NCBI GenBank assembly: GCA_963575745.1
Contig: CAUYUJ010000114.1
Coordinates: 372,001-436,000, forward strand
Length of the DNA stretch: 64,000 bases
Direction of reading: 5' to 3'
From: Prorocentrum cordatum
Lineage: Eukaryota
The translations under genes were made by a program, and so were the position numbers. Numbering within the stretch: the first letter of the stretch is position 1; each line of letters starts with the position of its first letter. Below are positions 35,890 through 48,304 of the stretch, piece after piece. Under the pieces are notes generated by a model, which did no database searches, was not told where the DNA came from, and saw only the letters and a list, made by a program, of their open reading frames with translations.

Positions 35890-36215
35890 AGCCCAGGGCC
35901 TAGCCTCCAGAGCCCCCCCCCGGGCCCAGGAGGGCCCGCTGTGGCATTGGGGCCCTGCCAAGGCCTCCAGGGTCTCCAGAGCCCCCCGGGACCCAGGAGG
36001 GCCCGGTGTGGCTTCGGGGGGCCCAGGAGGGCCAGCTGTTGCTCCAGGGCCCCGCTGGGGTGTCCAGGGCCTCCCAGGACCCAGCTTGCAGAGCCCCCCA
36101 GGAAGCAGGAGGGCCCGCTGCGGTTTCAGGGCACCATCAGGGTCTCCAGGGCCTCTCAGGGCCCAGCCTCCCCGGGCCCAAGAGGGCCAGCGGTGGCTTC
36201 AGGGCCCCGCACGGA
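35890..36215 (+). repeat. About 58-bp degenerate tandem repeat
   Basis: CAGAGCCCCCC..GG.CCCAGGAGGGCCCGCTGTGG...CAGGG recurs. Confidence 0.75.
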
Positions 36216-36586
36216 TCTCCAGCCATGGTGAAAGGGGTGAGTGCATTCCTGGACGCTGGTAGGGTGGCCTTCGTAGCCTCCAGAACGGTCGAATTGGCCC
36301 AGGATGGCTTGAAGACGGCCCCACCTGGCTTGGTGCTGTTCCCCCAGATGCACCAGAAAAGGGGCCCCACCATCCCCGCGTCGATCCCCGCGCCCTCGCT
36401 CTAGGACACGTTTGCCTTGGATTTGCCTTGGCGATGGGGCGCATGAAACTTTTTCCAGCAGGCCCGAGGCTCAATACATTGCTAAAACTCGCCGAATGAG
36501 GCCTCCACGGGCCCATGCCCACCCTGGCCGCCCCTTTGTGGCGCCCAAGATGTTTTTAAGACGGCCTGAGAGAGGTCGCCGAGGAG

Positions 36587-36838
36587 TTGCATCGCGAGGC
36601 GCGCGCGATGGTGGACGAGGCCGTTATGCCTCTGGAGGGCGGCGCCATGGTTTTCCTCAGGCGGCTTGATGGAGAAGATCTGCACGACTACATCAACAGT
36701 GACTCGAGTGTCTTGCCAGCTCGCTCCCACGGGACAGGACGTCGCTGGCGCGCCTTCACCGACTCCGTGGGTTGCATGAAGGACCAGCTGCCGGAAGACG
36801 GCATCGACCTCACTGGTCCTCGCACTTGTTTGTGCTAG
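36587..36838 (+). pseudogene. gag-like ORF1 remnant of the YR retroelement
   Basis: DSSVLPARSHGTGRRWRAFTDSVGCMKDQLPEDGIDLTGPRT has a GxRxRxF...GPRT pattern I recall from ORF1 of dinoflagellate YR elements, and it sits upstream of the RT. Confidence 0.45.
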
Positions 36839-37439
36839 CATCGCCTGCGGAGTACCTCGTCTCTCTCTCTCTCTCTCTCTCTCGTTCGGAACTCAACCAG
36901 TCCATCGGAGCACTTGGAGGCGGTGGCCAGTAGTACGGTCTCAGTAAGAGCGCGAGGCTTCTTCTCCATATTGTGGAAGCCATGGCGCGCGTCGATCAAT
37001 TGAATGTACCAGGTCTCAAAGTAGGGGGGCTCATCGAAAGGGGGGCCCACCTGATCGCGGACGAGCCCACCCGCGTTTGGATTGGAGGCGCAGCTGATTA
37101 CATTGTTGCCGATCACTACGCGGGCTGGTCTTCAAGAAGAATGGGAGTTGCAGTCGGCCCCGACCTTCGAAAACATGCTGCCGAGAACTTTCCCGACGAG
37201 GCCACCCGCGGTCAAGGAAACCAGGCAGGCCAAGAATGACGACAGGTGATGCAGGCAGCCACCCGAGGGAGGCGGAAATAACGACGAGGACCCGCCCTGC
37301 GGGGCCCCTTGACTGGGCGGGGGCGAGGGGGCCGGCCAGCTCGCGCCACCGCAGCGGCCACTTCATGCAATTCTTGACGTGGTGAGCTTCGCCCTCGCCG
37401 TGCGATGTCGGGGGGGCCGGGGCCAGCGGCGGCTCAGTA

Positions 37440-39300
37440 TCATCGCATTCCCCGTGAGTTTCTACGTGTGCCCCTTGTCCAGCCCACCCCTCCCGCGACT
37501 CCAGGGGCCTCGCGTCGCGTCCGACGGAGGCCGGCGCGTCGCCGCGGGGTCGGGAAGCGGGTCATGGAGGCGCCCGCCGTTTTGAATGGGACGAGCTGCG
37601 CGCAGGTGGGACCAGGGACCCGTCACTTGCGCAGCTCACCTCGCCAGATGCCATGCTCGAGCTAGCCTCCGCACAGCTTTCCCCTACTAGCGCGCGCAGC
37701 CGCCGCGAGGCCGCCGATTGTTCCTTGGGTGAAGTGGTCGCTTATGCCGGCGTCGAGCAGCGTGCTACAGCGAGGCCGAACAAGCGCGCCCTTGTTGCGA
37801 TACCTGCGTTTGGGGAGAGCTCTGTTCCAGTGGCCTCGGTGGCAAATAGGCTGGAAAGGGAGTTGCTTCAACGGCCAGCAGAGACAATGTCAGCAGATTC
37901 CCACGATGCGTCTTGGCGTTCTGAAGAGATCCGTTTAGTTAATCCACACATGGCCCACGTCTTTGTTCGCCAACAAGTCACAGTACATCGTTTTCTTCAA
38001 CGACCTGTTCAAGGCGTCGCTCATCTCTAGGACTTGCCGATCTGAAGAGTTGTGCGCCCCTTTTTTTCGCTGCCAAGAAGAATGGCGACCTCCGCGTGGT
38101 GTTGGTCTGCCGCGTCAGCGATCCCCATTTTCGACATTCCCTCGTTCACGAGATGGGGGCAGGGGGTGGTTGGTCGAGGATGGAACTGCCTGGAGGCGCG
38201 GCCCAATGCGCCGCGCCGCTGCGGTTGCGAATAACCTTATCCCCATGCCATCTAGAACCATCCAGGTGTCCAGCCGTGCTCTTGCTTGCCTCCGATCCCG
38301 GTCTCCAAGGCGCGGGGCTTCGTGGGCGGCCTGGAAGTCGCGCGTGATCCTGATCCTGTGCGGCCCATGCTTCTTTCAGCGCCTGTGGGATGGAGCTGCG
38401 ATTGTTGTCTGGGTCAGGGTCCTGGGAGATTATTGATCGGGCTCCAACGCGACGTCGGTCTGGCCCAAATTTTCGCAGCGGGGTTGGGGGGCCCACCGCG
38501 CCGCCACCGCCTCGGCGTCGTTGGTCGGACAACGGGGCCGCGCAGAGTGCCGAGGACAAAGTCGCGGCGAATTCGAGGCAGCGCGGCTTCCCGGCCCACG
38601 AGGTGGTCGACGCTGCTGCGAAGGCCCGCCCCTTCATGGGGCGATGCGTCGACGGGGGCCCCTTCATGGGGCGATGCGATTCATTCGGTCGTCTGCAACG
38701 TGCCCAAGGGAGCAGAACGTCTCGCGAGAGTTTGCAAGGCCGCCCTGAGCGGAGCCCGACTGTCGGGCCCTGCCGCGCGACGGCGGGCGAGTCACGCGTC
38801 GATTCCTTTTGGCTTGCGGGGGGGCCTGGCCGCCCTCAGGCCCGCCCGCGCTCTCACTGAAGAGGCAGACAGCGAGGCTGGACGTCGCCGCGCGAGGGGC
38901 GCCACGGGCGCCCGCGAGTCTTAATTACAGATGCGCGCGAGACGTGGCGGGTTTCATCTCCGTGTCGTTGTTAATATTCCGTCGTTGCGGCTGTCGGCCA
39001 AGTCTCAGAGCGCCCGGCATTGCAGTCGTCGCCCTCGGCCGCAATCTCGTCTGAGCGCTCGTGCAAAGATTGATGCGCTCACTGATCGCACCTCTGTCAC
39101 CCCAGAGAGGCCCGGGGTGCTTGCTAGGGATGCTCGAGGCGAACCCGCACCCCCATGATGTCCCAGCTGACGCGCTCAATGAGGAGCTCTGGATGGCGGA
39201 TCTTTCCACGAGGTCCAGGGGTGTCGATGGGGGCGTCTTCGCAAGGATCACCGGCTTTTGTTTCGGGGGCCAGACGCGGCCCCAGGGTCAACGCGGGCCC
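37440..39300 (+). pseudogene. Reverse transcriptase + RNase H remnant (DIRS-like)
   Basis: FFAAKKNGDLRVVLVCR (about 38062-38113; consensus FFVxKKxGxLRLxxDxR), SAPVGWS (about 38378; consensus LPMGWS), WSDN (about 38522; decayed YxDN/YxDD), GFPAHEV, then RLSG...SH and TDAR (about 38927; RNase H DAS-like). Confidence 0.75.
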
Positions 39301-39869
39301 CGAGAGCTCCAAGATGCGCCGCCTAATCGCGGCAGGCCAGTTGGGCAGAGCCATGTTTTTGGAAAGTCTCGGGTTGCGTCTTCCGCCGTTGTCGATCTCG
39401 CGCGGCGCGCGCCTGCCCCGGCCATTGCGAGTTGCGCAAAGGGGCACTCCCGTTGGGCGCCTTCTGAGAGAGCTGCAGTTGATGTTCTCCGGCGGCGATG
39501 GCGGGGAGTCTCGCGTGTTGAGCAGGGGGGCCCGCGGCCGGGGAGGGGGCAGCCCGCCTCAGGCCGCCTCGTCGGACTTCCATCGCCGCGCAGCGCACTC
39601 CTTGGGCGTAGCCTTGCGGCTGCGTTGCGAGGCGGCGGGCCCTCCGCTGCCTCCCCAGAGGGGGCGCCGCGCGCCTGGTCGCGGTTGCGATCCGCGACGA
39701 GGGGGGGCCCGAGGGGGCGGCGGCCGTCGGGCGATTTCAGCCTCGACTTGCAACGGGCCCCGCTTTCTTTGCGGAGCTGGAGTCGCATGCCGTTGCGAGC
39801 GCGACGGGCGCCATCTGCCACGCGCGGTTCAAGGAGCTCCAGGATTTTGCGACTTCGACCGAGCGCGCG

Positions 39870-40440
39870 TTGGACCGCGCTCTGATCGCGGGCCTTGTCA
39901 TGACGGGCTTCGCGGACCATCTGTTTCTAAATGGCCGACTGATTCAACGCGGAGGCTCGCCTGGCCGCCTGGGCGACGTTCACCGCGCGCCCGAGGCCGA
40001 TCGACCCCCGCCCCCTCGTGGAGTCGGAGCTCGCCCCGCCGAGCGCGCACGGCAGATGGCGGGCGCTGAAGCCCCACCCTGCCGAGCGAGGCGACAAGTC
40101 CAAGACCGGCCTGCGCGTCGAAAACATCCCGCCGGGCGCGCAGCACCTCCCGGGCCAGGGCAAGTCGGTGGCGGAGCTCAAGAAGGGGAACTCCGCCGAG
40201 AAGCCGTTCGGGATCGACCCCCCGGAAGGCCGCGCTGGAAGGCCGCGCTGCGCCAGTTGGGCTTCCCCGACGAGGAAGCGCGCGCGGCGCCGATTCCGAC
40301 GCGGCGGGCCCTCCCGCGACCGCTTAGCGGGCTGCCGCTGCGGCTCGCTGCCCGAGACGCAGCGCAGCGGGCGCTGGCCGGCCGAGGGCGCGGCGAGGCG
40401 TTGCGACGCGCGCGCGCCATGGCGCAGCGGGAGCGGGCCT
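39870..40440 (+). pseudogene. Tyrosine recombinase remnant
   Basis: LAPP...W.ALKPHPAERGDKSKTG followed by RFRRGGPSRDRL...SLPETQRSGRWPAEGAARRCD is a decayed LRHGGxS...SLxEIxxRGRW...S(V/L)xRY (box II H-x-x-R region, GRW and catalytic Tyr position). Confidence 0.75.
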
Positions 40441-40539
40441 GCTGCTCTGACCCCCAGCAGATGGGCGCCCGTAGGGCAGTCGCTTGGACCCAGGATCGGG
40501 TGAGCTTGCAGCCCCTCGTCGCCATCTGCTCTGCGCGTC

Positions 40540-41030
40540 GCGCTGCTTCCTCGACCTCTACGCCCGCGGCGCATGGGCCAGACATGCGCTCGCGAGGCTC
40601 GGCGTCGACTGCCCGGCGCCGGGCGCGATCGCGAGCGACGAGGCCGACCGTGCGAGCGCAGAGATCACGATCTGTTTCGCCAGACGGGCGATCCACAGCA
40701 ATATGACAACTTATCGCAGCTTGTTTGTTCCATCTGGCTGGAGACAAGGCGATGCGACTCGATGTCCAGCATAGCGACGGCTTGCCCGCTCATTCGAGAT
40801 TGCGGCCTCCCGCCTTGACCGAGAGTTCGCAATCAGAATGATGATGATCTTCTGCCAGTGCCATTGCATCGCGGCGCTTCCCCGAGCTGACCCAGTAATC
40901 TCGCAAAAGACGTCTGCAGTTTTCTGTCGGGCCCGATGTGCCACTACATGGCAAAGACCCTTCGGGTAAGTGGCGCGCGAATGGGTTGCGGCGTTATCCA
41001 ACCATGCTCTGCGATCAGGTCGTTATTTTC
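40540..41030 (+). pseudogene. Putative SAM-dependent (C5-DNA methyltransferase-like) domain remnant downstream of YR
   Basis: CFLDLYAR...ALARLG resembles motif I (FLxLFAG...AxxxxG). The region ends in PLHGKDPSGKW...YPTMLC. It is heavily decayed, so the assignment is tentative. Confidence 0.4.
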
Positions 41031-41984
41031 GTTGCGGGACACTCATGGGAATCGTCTATGAAGGGTGCTCGCGGCCCCGCTTTCAGAGTTCCCCGTGCTT
41101 CGCCCAGCGCGCTCCTTGGAAGTGCGCGGGGGCTTTTCCATGCCGTCGTTTTGCTTCTGTCGCGGGCCCCACCCGCTTGCCAAACGCAGCCCTGGAAGAA
41201 TTGATCGCCGGGCAGGAAAGTGGGATTCGCGAAGCGTGCCATGTGTGTGCAGGAGTCTGCTGAGCAGTTGTGTGACCGCCGCCAATCTCAGTTCTCGATG
41301 CCCGCATCCGTCGGGGCTCAACTTTCCCTTTCCAGCGTGCATCAGGAGGGAAAACACACACACACACACGCAGAGATACAATTAATCTACGATTCTCTTA
41401 ATTATATGGGAAAGTCTGGCAAGTGGGGGGAGACAAGAACTCAGAAAATATGAGAAGATATGGGGAATCTTTCTATTTGTGTGTATTTATTTGTGTGTCC
41501 TGGGGCCCCTTCAGTGCATGCCCGTCGCCTCATGCCTCAATCTGCTATTCTTGCAAGGCCCGGGGGCGTTTCTGGGCCGTCGCCTCGTCGGTCTCGCGGC
41601 GCCCGCTCAATCGCCGCGCGCCGCCCTTGCAGGGCGGACCGGTCGCCCGGCAGGCCACGGGGTTCGCGAAACACGCGCGTGTTCTGATCTTGTCCAGGCC
41701 CTTGGCATCGTTCGGACGTGTGGATTTCTCCCTCGGCGAGGACCATCGGGGAGCATGCTTGATCACTTGGCGAAAAAAGCCGCGCACGAAACAGGAACAA
41801 AAACACAGGGAATGGACGTCCGAACGATGGCCAGGGCCCTGCTCGGGCCCAGCGTCAGCGCGCGCGCCCAGCACAATTGATTTTCGATTCCCAAGCAAAT
41901 GTTGGAAAATATGGGAAGTGGGGGGCAAAACGACCCCCCCCACAAAACAACTTGAAAATCTAGGGAATCGGTTTATTTGTGTTT

Positions 41985-42540
<556 letters not shown>

Positions 42541-44112
42541 GCTGCGCCGAGACAGCAATCAGAAGACATCGCCGCGAGGTTCGGGGGTGGCCAGAGGGGG
42601 GGGGGGGATGACTGGGAGGGGGGGGACCCGAGGCAGGGCCACGATTTCTGCCCACACGTCACGGCCCTTTCTTTCGATCTCGGCGTGTCCCGTGGCCGCT
42701 TCGTCGGCAGCGCGCGTGCTTCGGGCCATGACTTACGACTTCTTCTTGCTGGAGGCCCCCCCTTTCGGGCGCGATGATTTTGCGTCCCGACCGCTTCCCC
42801 GGGGTGGCTTTTCGCCCCACAGCCGGGTTCGGCGACTTCCCGCGAACCGATACCCAAGAGAATCGCACGGACTGAAACAAAGACCTACCTCCGACATCAG
42901 CCCCTGAGAGCCGACGGTGCGAAACGCGTGCCACACATCGCGAGCAATCGCGGCTGGAACCCTAGACCTGGCCCTCTTGCTGCATGTTTTTCGAGCGGGA
43001 TCGATCTGCACGGCCCCGGGGCCCGAAGCTTGTCGGAAACGCCCGGCGTGAAGAAAACGGAGCGAGACCTAGATGGTGTTTTGGCGATGTTTGTGGCCCT
43101 TCCAGCGCTTTGACAGGACACCATTTCTTCGGCCACGGCGTGTCGCAGTCAGCAAGTCTTGCGATGCCACGTGGTAGTGGCTATGTGGTCATGTGCGTTT
43201 CGTACTCAACGTTTGCTTGCTTGCTTGCTTCTGGCCGTTTCCGTGGTGCTCTCGTGCTGTCGAAAAGGCGGGACGAGGGCCGAATGAAGGAGAACGAACA
43301 TCGCACGGGAACAGGGACAGCGGTTGAGCTCCCACCGTGCAATCGGCGTCACCCCAACATACTTCTACTATGTTCTCGTCGCCCCCCCAGGGGCGACGCG
43401 CGCACCGAGAAATCTTTTAGTATATGCGTCGTGGCGGGCGCTTTCTGGCCACACGGCTCGGGAAACGAGATACTACAAGACGGGTATACGACATGTTCGT
43501 GTCGGACGCGCGCCTCCAAGGAGGACGTATAGTATTAGCATGTCCCTGTGCGTCCCATGTGGGAGTGTGCCACGCCCGGATCCTGGCTCGCCCCCGGCAG
43601 GTGCTCACCACCCACCAAACCACCCCAACCCAACCCGAAGGCTCAGATTTACCCTCGATCTCCAGTGGGGGGGGGGTCGGGAATCATCGAAAAAACACAT
43701 CTGGAACCCCCCCAACCCGAAATTCGGGTCTTCGGGTTGGGTTGGGGTGGTCTGGTAGGTAGTCAGGATTATGTCGGGCGTGCCCCTCTACAGGGGGATT
43801 TTCGACGAAAAATGAAAATTACTCCGACGGAAGAACCCCACATAAGAATCCTCTGGGCGAATCTGGAAAAAGCCATCACCGTCGTCCTCGTGGTTGGTGA
43901 GGCGTCCTGGCTGTCTCTTCTGCGTATATTTCCTCTCGCCTTGGCGCGGGCCCCCCTTCCACTCCTTACGTTGTCCCCATCCTCGCCCCCCTGTTTGTTC
44001 CGCGCCCCGCCACCTCCTCCCCTTCCTGTTGCATGAGCGCGCATGTCGATGTTCCTCGGCGCCGTCGCCGCCACGGCCAGCACAGGCGCGTTCTCTACAG
44101 GTCACGTCGCGC

Positions 44113-44204
44113 AGCCGTTGGGACAACCCCGCGGGCCAGGCTGTCGGGACAACCCCGCGAGCCGTTGGCGCGCAAGACCAAGCCGTTGGGACAACCCCGC
44201 GGGC
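44113..44204. repeat. Three 24-bp direct repeats just downstream of the helicase stop
   Basis: AGCCGTTGGGACAACCCCGCGGGC at 44113, about 44139 (variant) and 44181; copies 1 and 3 contain a GTTG-GGA-CAAC micro-hairpin. Confidence 0.85.
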
Positions 44205-44226
44205 TTCGAGCGAGGCGCAGCCGCGC

Positions 44227-44709
44227 TCAGGCGGAAGGCAGCACGAAGCCCAGCTCTGCCGCGAGCTGCTTCGCCTCCGCCCTGGACAAAACCGCTCTCT
44301 TGTCGAACTCCAGGAGCGCCTTCCGCAGGGACGCCGGCGGCCCGCACTCCAGGAACTCTCGCGGCGGCGGCCGCAGGATCAGCATGTTCCGCATGCACGT
44401 GGCGCGGGAGAACATGACGTAGAGGTGCAGCCACCACTGCTCGTCCGACATGCCCGTGCGGCCAGCGTCCTCGTCTCTCGCGCAGTCGATGGTGACGCCC
44501 TTGCGCAGCGTCTGGCCCTGCGACAGCGTGGAGGTCAGGTAGGACGCGTGCGTCAGGGTGAACCCCGAGCGGCGCACGCTGTGCGCCCCCGAGCTCTGCC
44601 ATGTGAACTCCCTTTCGCTGGGCCTGAACATCAGCAAGTTCCGCGCCCGCGCCTCGGCCTGGCCGTCGTCGTCGGCGCCTTCGGCGCCCTGTCGCAGCAC
44701 CTCGGCGAC
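44227..44709 (-). pseudogene. C-terminal fragment of a Pif1-like SF1B helicase (Helitron-type RepHel end); 5' part replaced by satellite
   Basis: VRRSGFTLTHASYLTSTLSQGQTL...VTID...LYVMFSRAT...ILR matches Pif1/Helitron motifs R.QFPLxxAxAxTxxxSQGxTL and YVxxSR. The frame is open, GC3-rich and intron-free up to TGA at 44227-44229. Confidence 0.85.
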
Positions 44710-45520
44710 CTGAGGAGCCCAAAAACTTCCTTGTTGCATCCAAAGTGTGGCCTGGGAACTGCGTTCTGGCAGCGCGAGAACCCAACATTGACGACAGTTA
44801 CAGGTTTTGGATGACCTGCTCGGATTACCAACATGATCTGCGGGCCCCATAGGGAGGGGGCTCCCGCCTGAGACTTCCTCGCAGTTCACTCACAGACGAG
44901 GCTCCCGCCTGAGACTTCCTCCATATTCAGGCTTGAGGAGCCCAAAAGTGACGACAGTTACAGGGTTCCGATGACCCGCTCGGATTACCAACATGATCTG
45001 CGGGCCCCATAGGGAGGGGGCTCCCGCCTGAGACTTCTTCACAATTCACTCAAAGACGAGGCTCCCGCCAGAGACTTCCTCCAAATTCAGGCTTGACGAG
45101 CCCAAAAGTGACGACAGTTACAGGGTTCCGATGACCCGCTCGGATTACCAACATGATCTGCGGGCCCCATAGGGAGGGGGCTCCCGCCTGAGCCTTCCTC
45201 AGAATTCACTCACAGACGAGGCTCCCGCCTGAGACTTCCTCCATATTCAGGCTTGAGGAGCCCAAAAGTGACGACAGTTACAGGGTTCCGATGACCCGCT
45301 CGGATTACCAACATAATCTGCGGGCCCCATAGGGAGGGAGCTCCCGCCTGAGACTTCCTCCCAATTCACTCACAGACGAGGCTCCCGCCTGAGACTTCCT
45401 CCATTTTCAGGCCTGGGGAGCCCAAAAGTGACGACAGTTACAGGGTTCCGATGACCCGCTCGGATTACCAACATGATCTGCGGGCCCCATAGGGAGGGGG
45501 CTCCCGCCTGAGACTTCCTC
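44710..45520 (-). repeat. 160-bp tandem satellite, about 5 units
   Basis: CCCAAAAGTGACGACAGTTACAGGG recurs at 44941, 45101, 45261 and 45421 (variant at 44781). It is the reverse complement of the 62805-64000 satellite family. Confidence 0.95.
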
Positions 45521-46873
45521 ACACTTTACTCAACGATGATGAGGATGAGGATGATGAGTGGTGGTGAAGATGAGTGGTGAAGAGGATGATGATTGATTGT
45601 GGGTGGTGGTGGCGATGATGATGTTTGAATGAGGATGATGCCGATACCGATGATGACGATGATGTTCGTGAGCGTGTGAGAGAGTGCGAGTGATGATGAT
45701 GTGTGTGTGAATGAGTGCGAGGAGAAGAGGGGGTGAGTGAGATCTCTCTCCTGCGCGGGGGTGTGCAGAGAAAACAAGAACCCCACTTTGGATGTGGGGA
45801 AATACACAAAAAATACCCCCAAACGGTCAAAACATACTCACCAAGTAGTCACCTGATAATTTTTGTATTTTTTTATTGTTTTTTTTGGGGGTATTTTTTA
45901 TTTTTTCGTCGACAAATCCCCCTGCAGGGGGATTTTCGACGAAAAATTAAATAGTCCCCTGATAATTTTTGGACTATTTTTGCTATTTTCGGGGGGGGGG
46001 TATTTCTCGTCGACAATCCCTCTGCAGGGGGACAGGCCCGACTCAAATGTAGGAGTGTGCCACGCCTGGATCCCTGGATCCCAACAGCAACAACAACGAT
46101 TACTAGCACGTGGGGACACTCCGTTCTCACCAGGGCCAGGGTTTTCATAGGAGGCGGGCAATACCCCCACTTTGTGGGGGGGCCGGTTCAAGCTCTACCA
46201 AATTTCCAAACGACTCTTCGCCACCACCCACACCCAGCTTCCCGCCCTATGACGTTCGGACACTTCACTTCGTGGCATGCGGACGACCGTGGCTACTATT
46301 CAGGGCCCCGCGGCCGACGACGACGGCGTGCGCGCGCGAAGAAAAAACGAATGTGTCCCGCATGGTATTATTCGACAGGGATGATGGCCCTGGCAGGTGC
46401 GCAACCGTTGTTGCAGAAGTTCGAAAAAGTTGCTCGCAAAAACCCGTTTGACAGAACTGTTTCAAAAGTGTTGGGTTTCCTACGAATCCGCAAGAGCGCG
46501 CGGGATGAAATTTTGACATTGTTTTCTTTTCTTTGTAAAAAAAACAACAACGTTGTTTTTTATGTTTTTATGTTCAAATCGCTACGAAAACTAAGGTTTT
46601 GGAAGGATTTCGTTTTGCGCGCGCGAATGTCTACTTTATTTTTTTTCGCAAGGGATTCTTGAAATTTGGTTATGTTAGAACAAGAAATGTCCACTTCAGC
46701 TCATTGTTTGCAAGGGAAAACCGATCGTAACAACACAACCGGATCCGGACTCCCCCGTTTTGCCTGAGACTTCCTCACGAAAATGATGAAAATGAGGCTG
46801 CGGCCTAGGCGCGGCGGGGGGGTCGTGCACCAGGGGCCCCAACAATAATTATTCTTTAGAAGTAATAATGTTC

Positions 46874-46929
<56 letters not shown>

Positions 46930-47319
46930 CCATTTTAAGGCTGTACGCTCTTACTTGCCCGCGAGTCATTCAACACGTATACCCTACACCCTCGATACCC
47001 GCCCTCTTCGTCTTCGATCACACCCCTTTCGGGGGGATTATTTCTCTTTGCTGGGGCCGGCGGGCTTAGACGTACGGGCAAACCGGAACGGGCGGACAAT
47101 CCTTCGGGGGCGTACATCTCTCTGCCCGCCATTGGAATTGGCGCGGGCCCTGCAAGAGGAGGAGGGGAAGAACGAGGGAGAGTGGGAGGAAGGGGAGGGG
47201 GAAGGACGAAGGAAGAGGGAAGATACCACGTTGTGAAGGCGTCCTTGGCGCGCGCGTGGTTCCTGAGCGCCGAAACGCAATTCCAGAATAATTTGTGAGG
47301 ACGTCGCACGCGAGAGCGC

Positions 47320-47727
47320 AGTCCTGAGTACATTGTGAGGAAATCTCGGGCGGGAGCGGGGGCCCTGGCTAAGTTGCGAGAAAGTCTCAAGCGGGAGCGC
47401 CGTTCCTGAGCAAATTGCACGGAAGTCTCAGGCGGGAGCGGGGGTCCTCACTAAATTGCGAGGAAGTCTCAGGCGGGAGCGCCGTTCCTGAGTCAATTGC
47501 GCGGAAATGTCAGGCAGGAGCGGGGGTCCTGAGTAAAATTCGAAGAAGTCTCAGGCGGGAGCGCCGTTCCCACGTAAATTGCACGGAAGTCTCAGGCGGG
47601 AGCGGGGGTCTTGATTACATTGCGAGGAAGTCTCAGACGGGAGCGCCTTTCCTGAGTAAATTGCGCGGAAGTCTCAGGCGGGAGCGGGGGTCCTGAGCAA
47701 ACATCGAGGAAGTCTCAGGCGGGAGCC
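47320..47727 (+). repeat. About 38-bp degenerate minisatellite
   Basis: About 10 copies of AAATTGCGAGGAAGTCTCAGGCGGGAGCG..TCCTGAG; the core is shared with the 160-bp satellite. Confidence 0.9.
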
Positions 47728-48304
47728 GTTGTTGTTGTAGCCCGGGGGGCAGGGGCACAGTTTGAGCAGGAAGATTTTCTTTGAGAAAAAACAAGGTGCG
47801 AGCCCCGGGGGTGGCATTTCAATCGAAAAAATCAATGTGCACCGGTGGGGGGGATCAACAATAATTATTCTTCAAGAATGAGGGTTCAACAACAACAACA
47901 ACAACAATCATTTTACCCGAACGCTCAGTGTTCTCACCAGTGCCAGGGTTTTCATGCGACGCGAGACAATACCCCCACTTCGTGGGGGGGCAGTTCAAGC
48001 TCTACCAAATATCCAAACGACTCTTCGCGACCACCCAAACCCAGCTTCCCGCCCTATGACGTTGGGACACTTCACTTCGTGGCGTGCGGACGACCGTGGC
48101 TACTACACTGGCGTGGGGTACACACCCACAGAACTTGGTCACTTATTCGGGGCGCGCGTGTGCCCAGCATCCTGCAATTGTGACATACAATACATGACAC
48201 AGACAGACAGAGAGAGAGACAGAGAGCAGACAGAGAGAGAGACAGAGAGAGCGGAGTTGGTCACATTTTTGGGGCAAGTTCCTGAGATCGTCGTGTTTTT
48301 TGTT

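Larger units (their letters stand above)
36400..41030 (+). mobile_element. Decayed tyrosine-recombinase (DIRS/Ngaro-like) retrotransposon: gag-like, RT, RNase H, YR, methyltransferase-like tail
   Basis: A collinear series of decayed motifs lies on the + strand across many frameshifts (see sub-features). Termini were not identified, and an unrelated insert occupies about 36840-37370. Confidence 0.75.
44100..45804 (-). mobile_element. Putative internally deleted Helitron-like element: hairpin end, 160-bp satellite, Pif1 C-terminus, terminal direct repeats
   Basis: Has the same hairpin terminus and satellite as the element at 62696, joined on the same strand to the helicase fragment. The far end is not defined. 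Confidence 0.55.

Noticed and set aside
44710..44889. N-terminal ~60 aa of the 220-aa ORF 44227-44889
   Set aside because: This part is read-through into the 160-bp satellite, not helicase sequence.
46180..46200. tRNA gene suggested by GGTTCAAG
   Set aside because: No cloverleaf or convincing A-box could be built; kept only as a B-box-like word.
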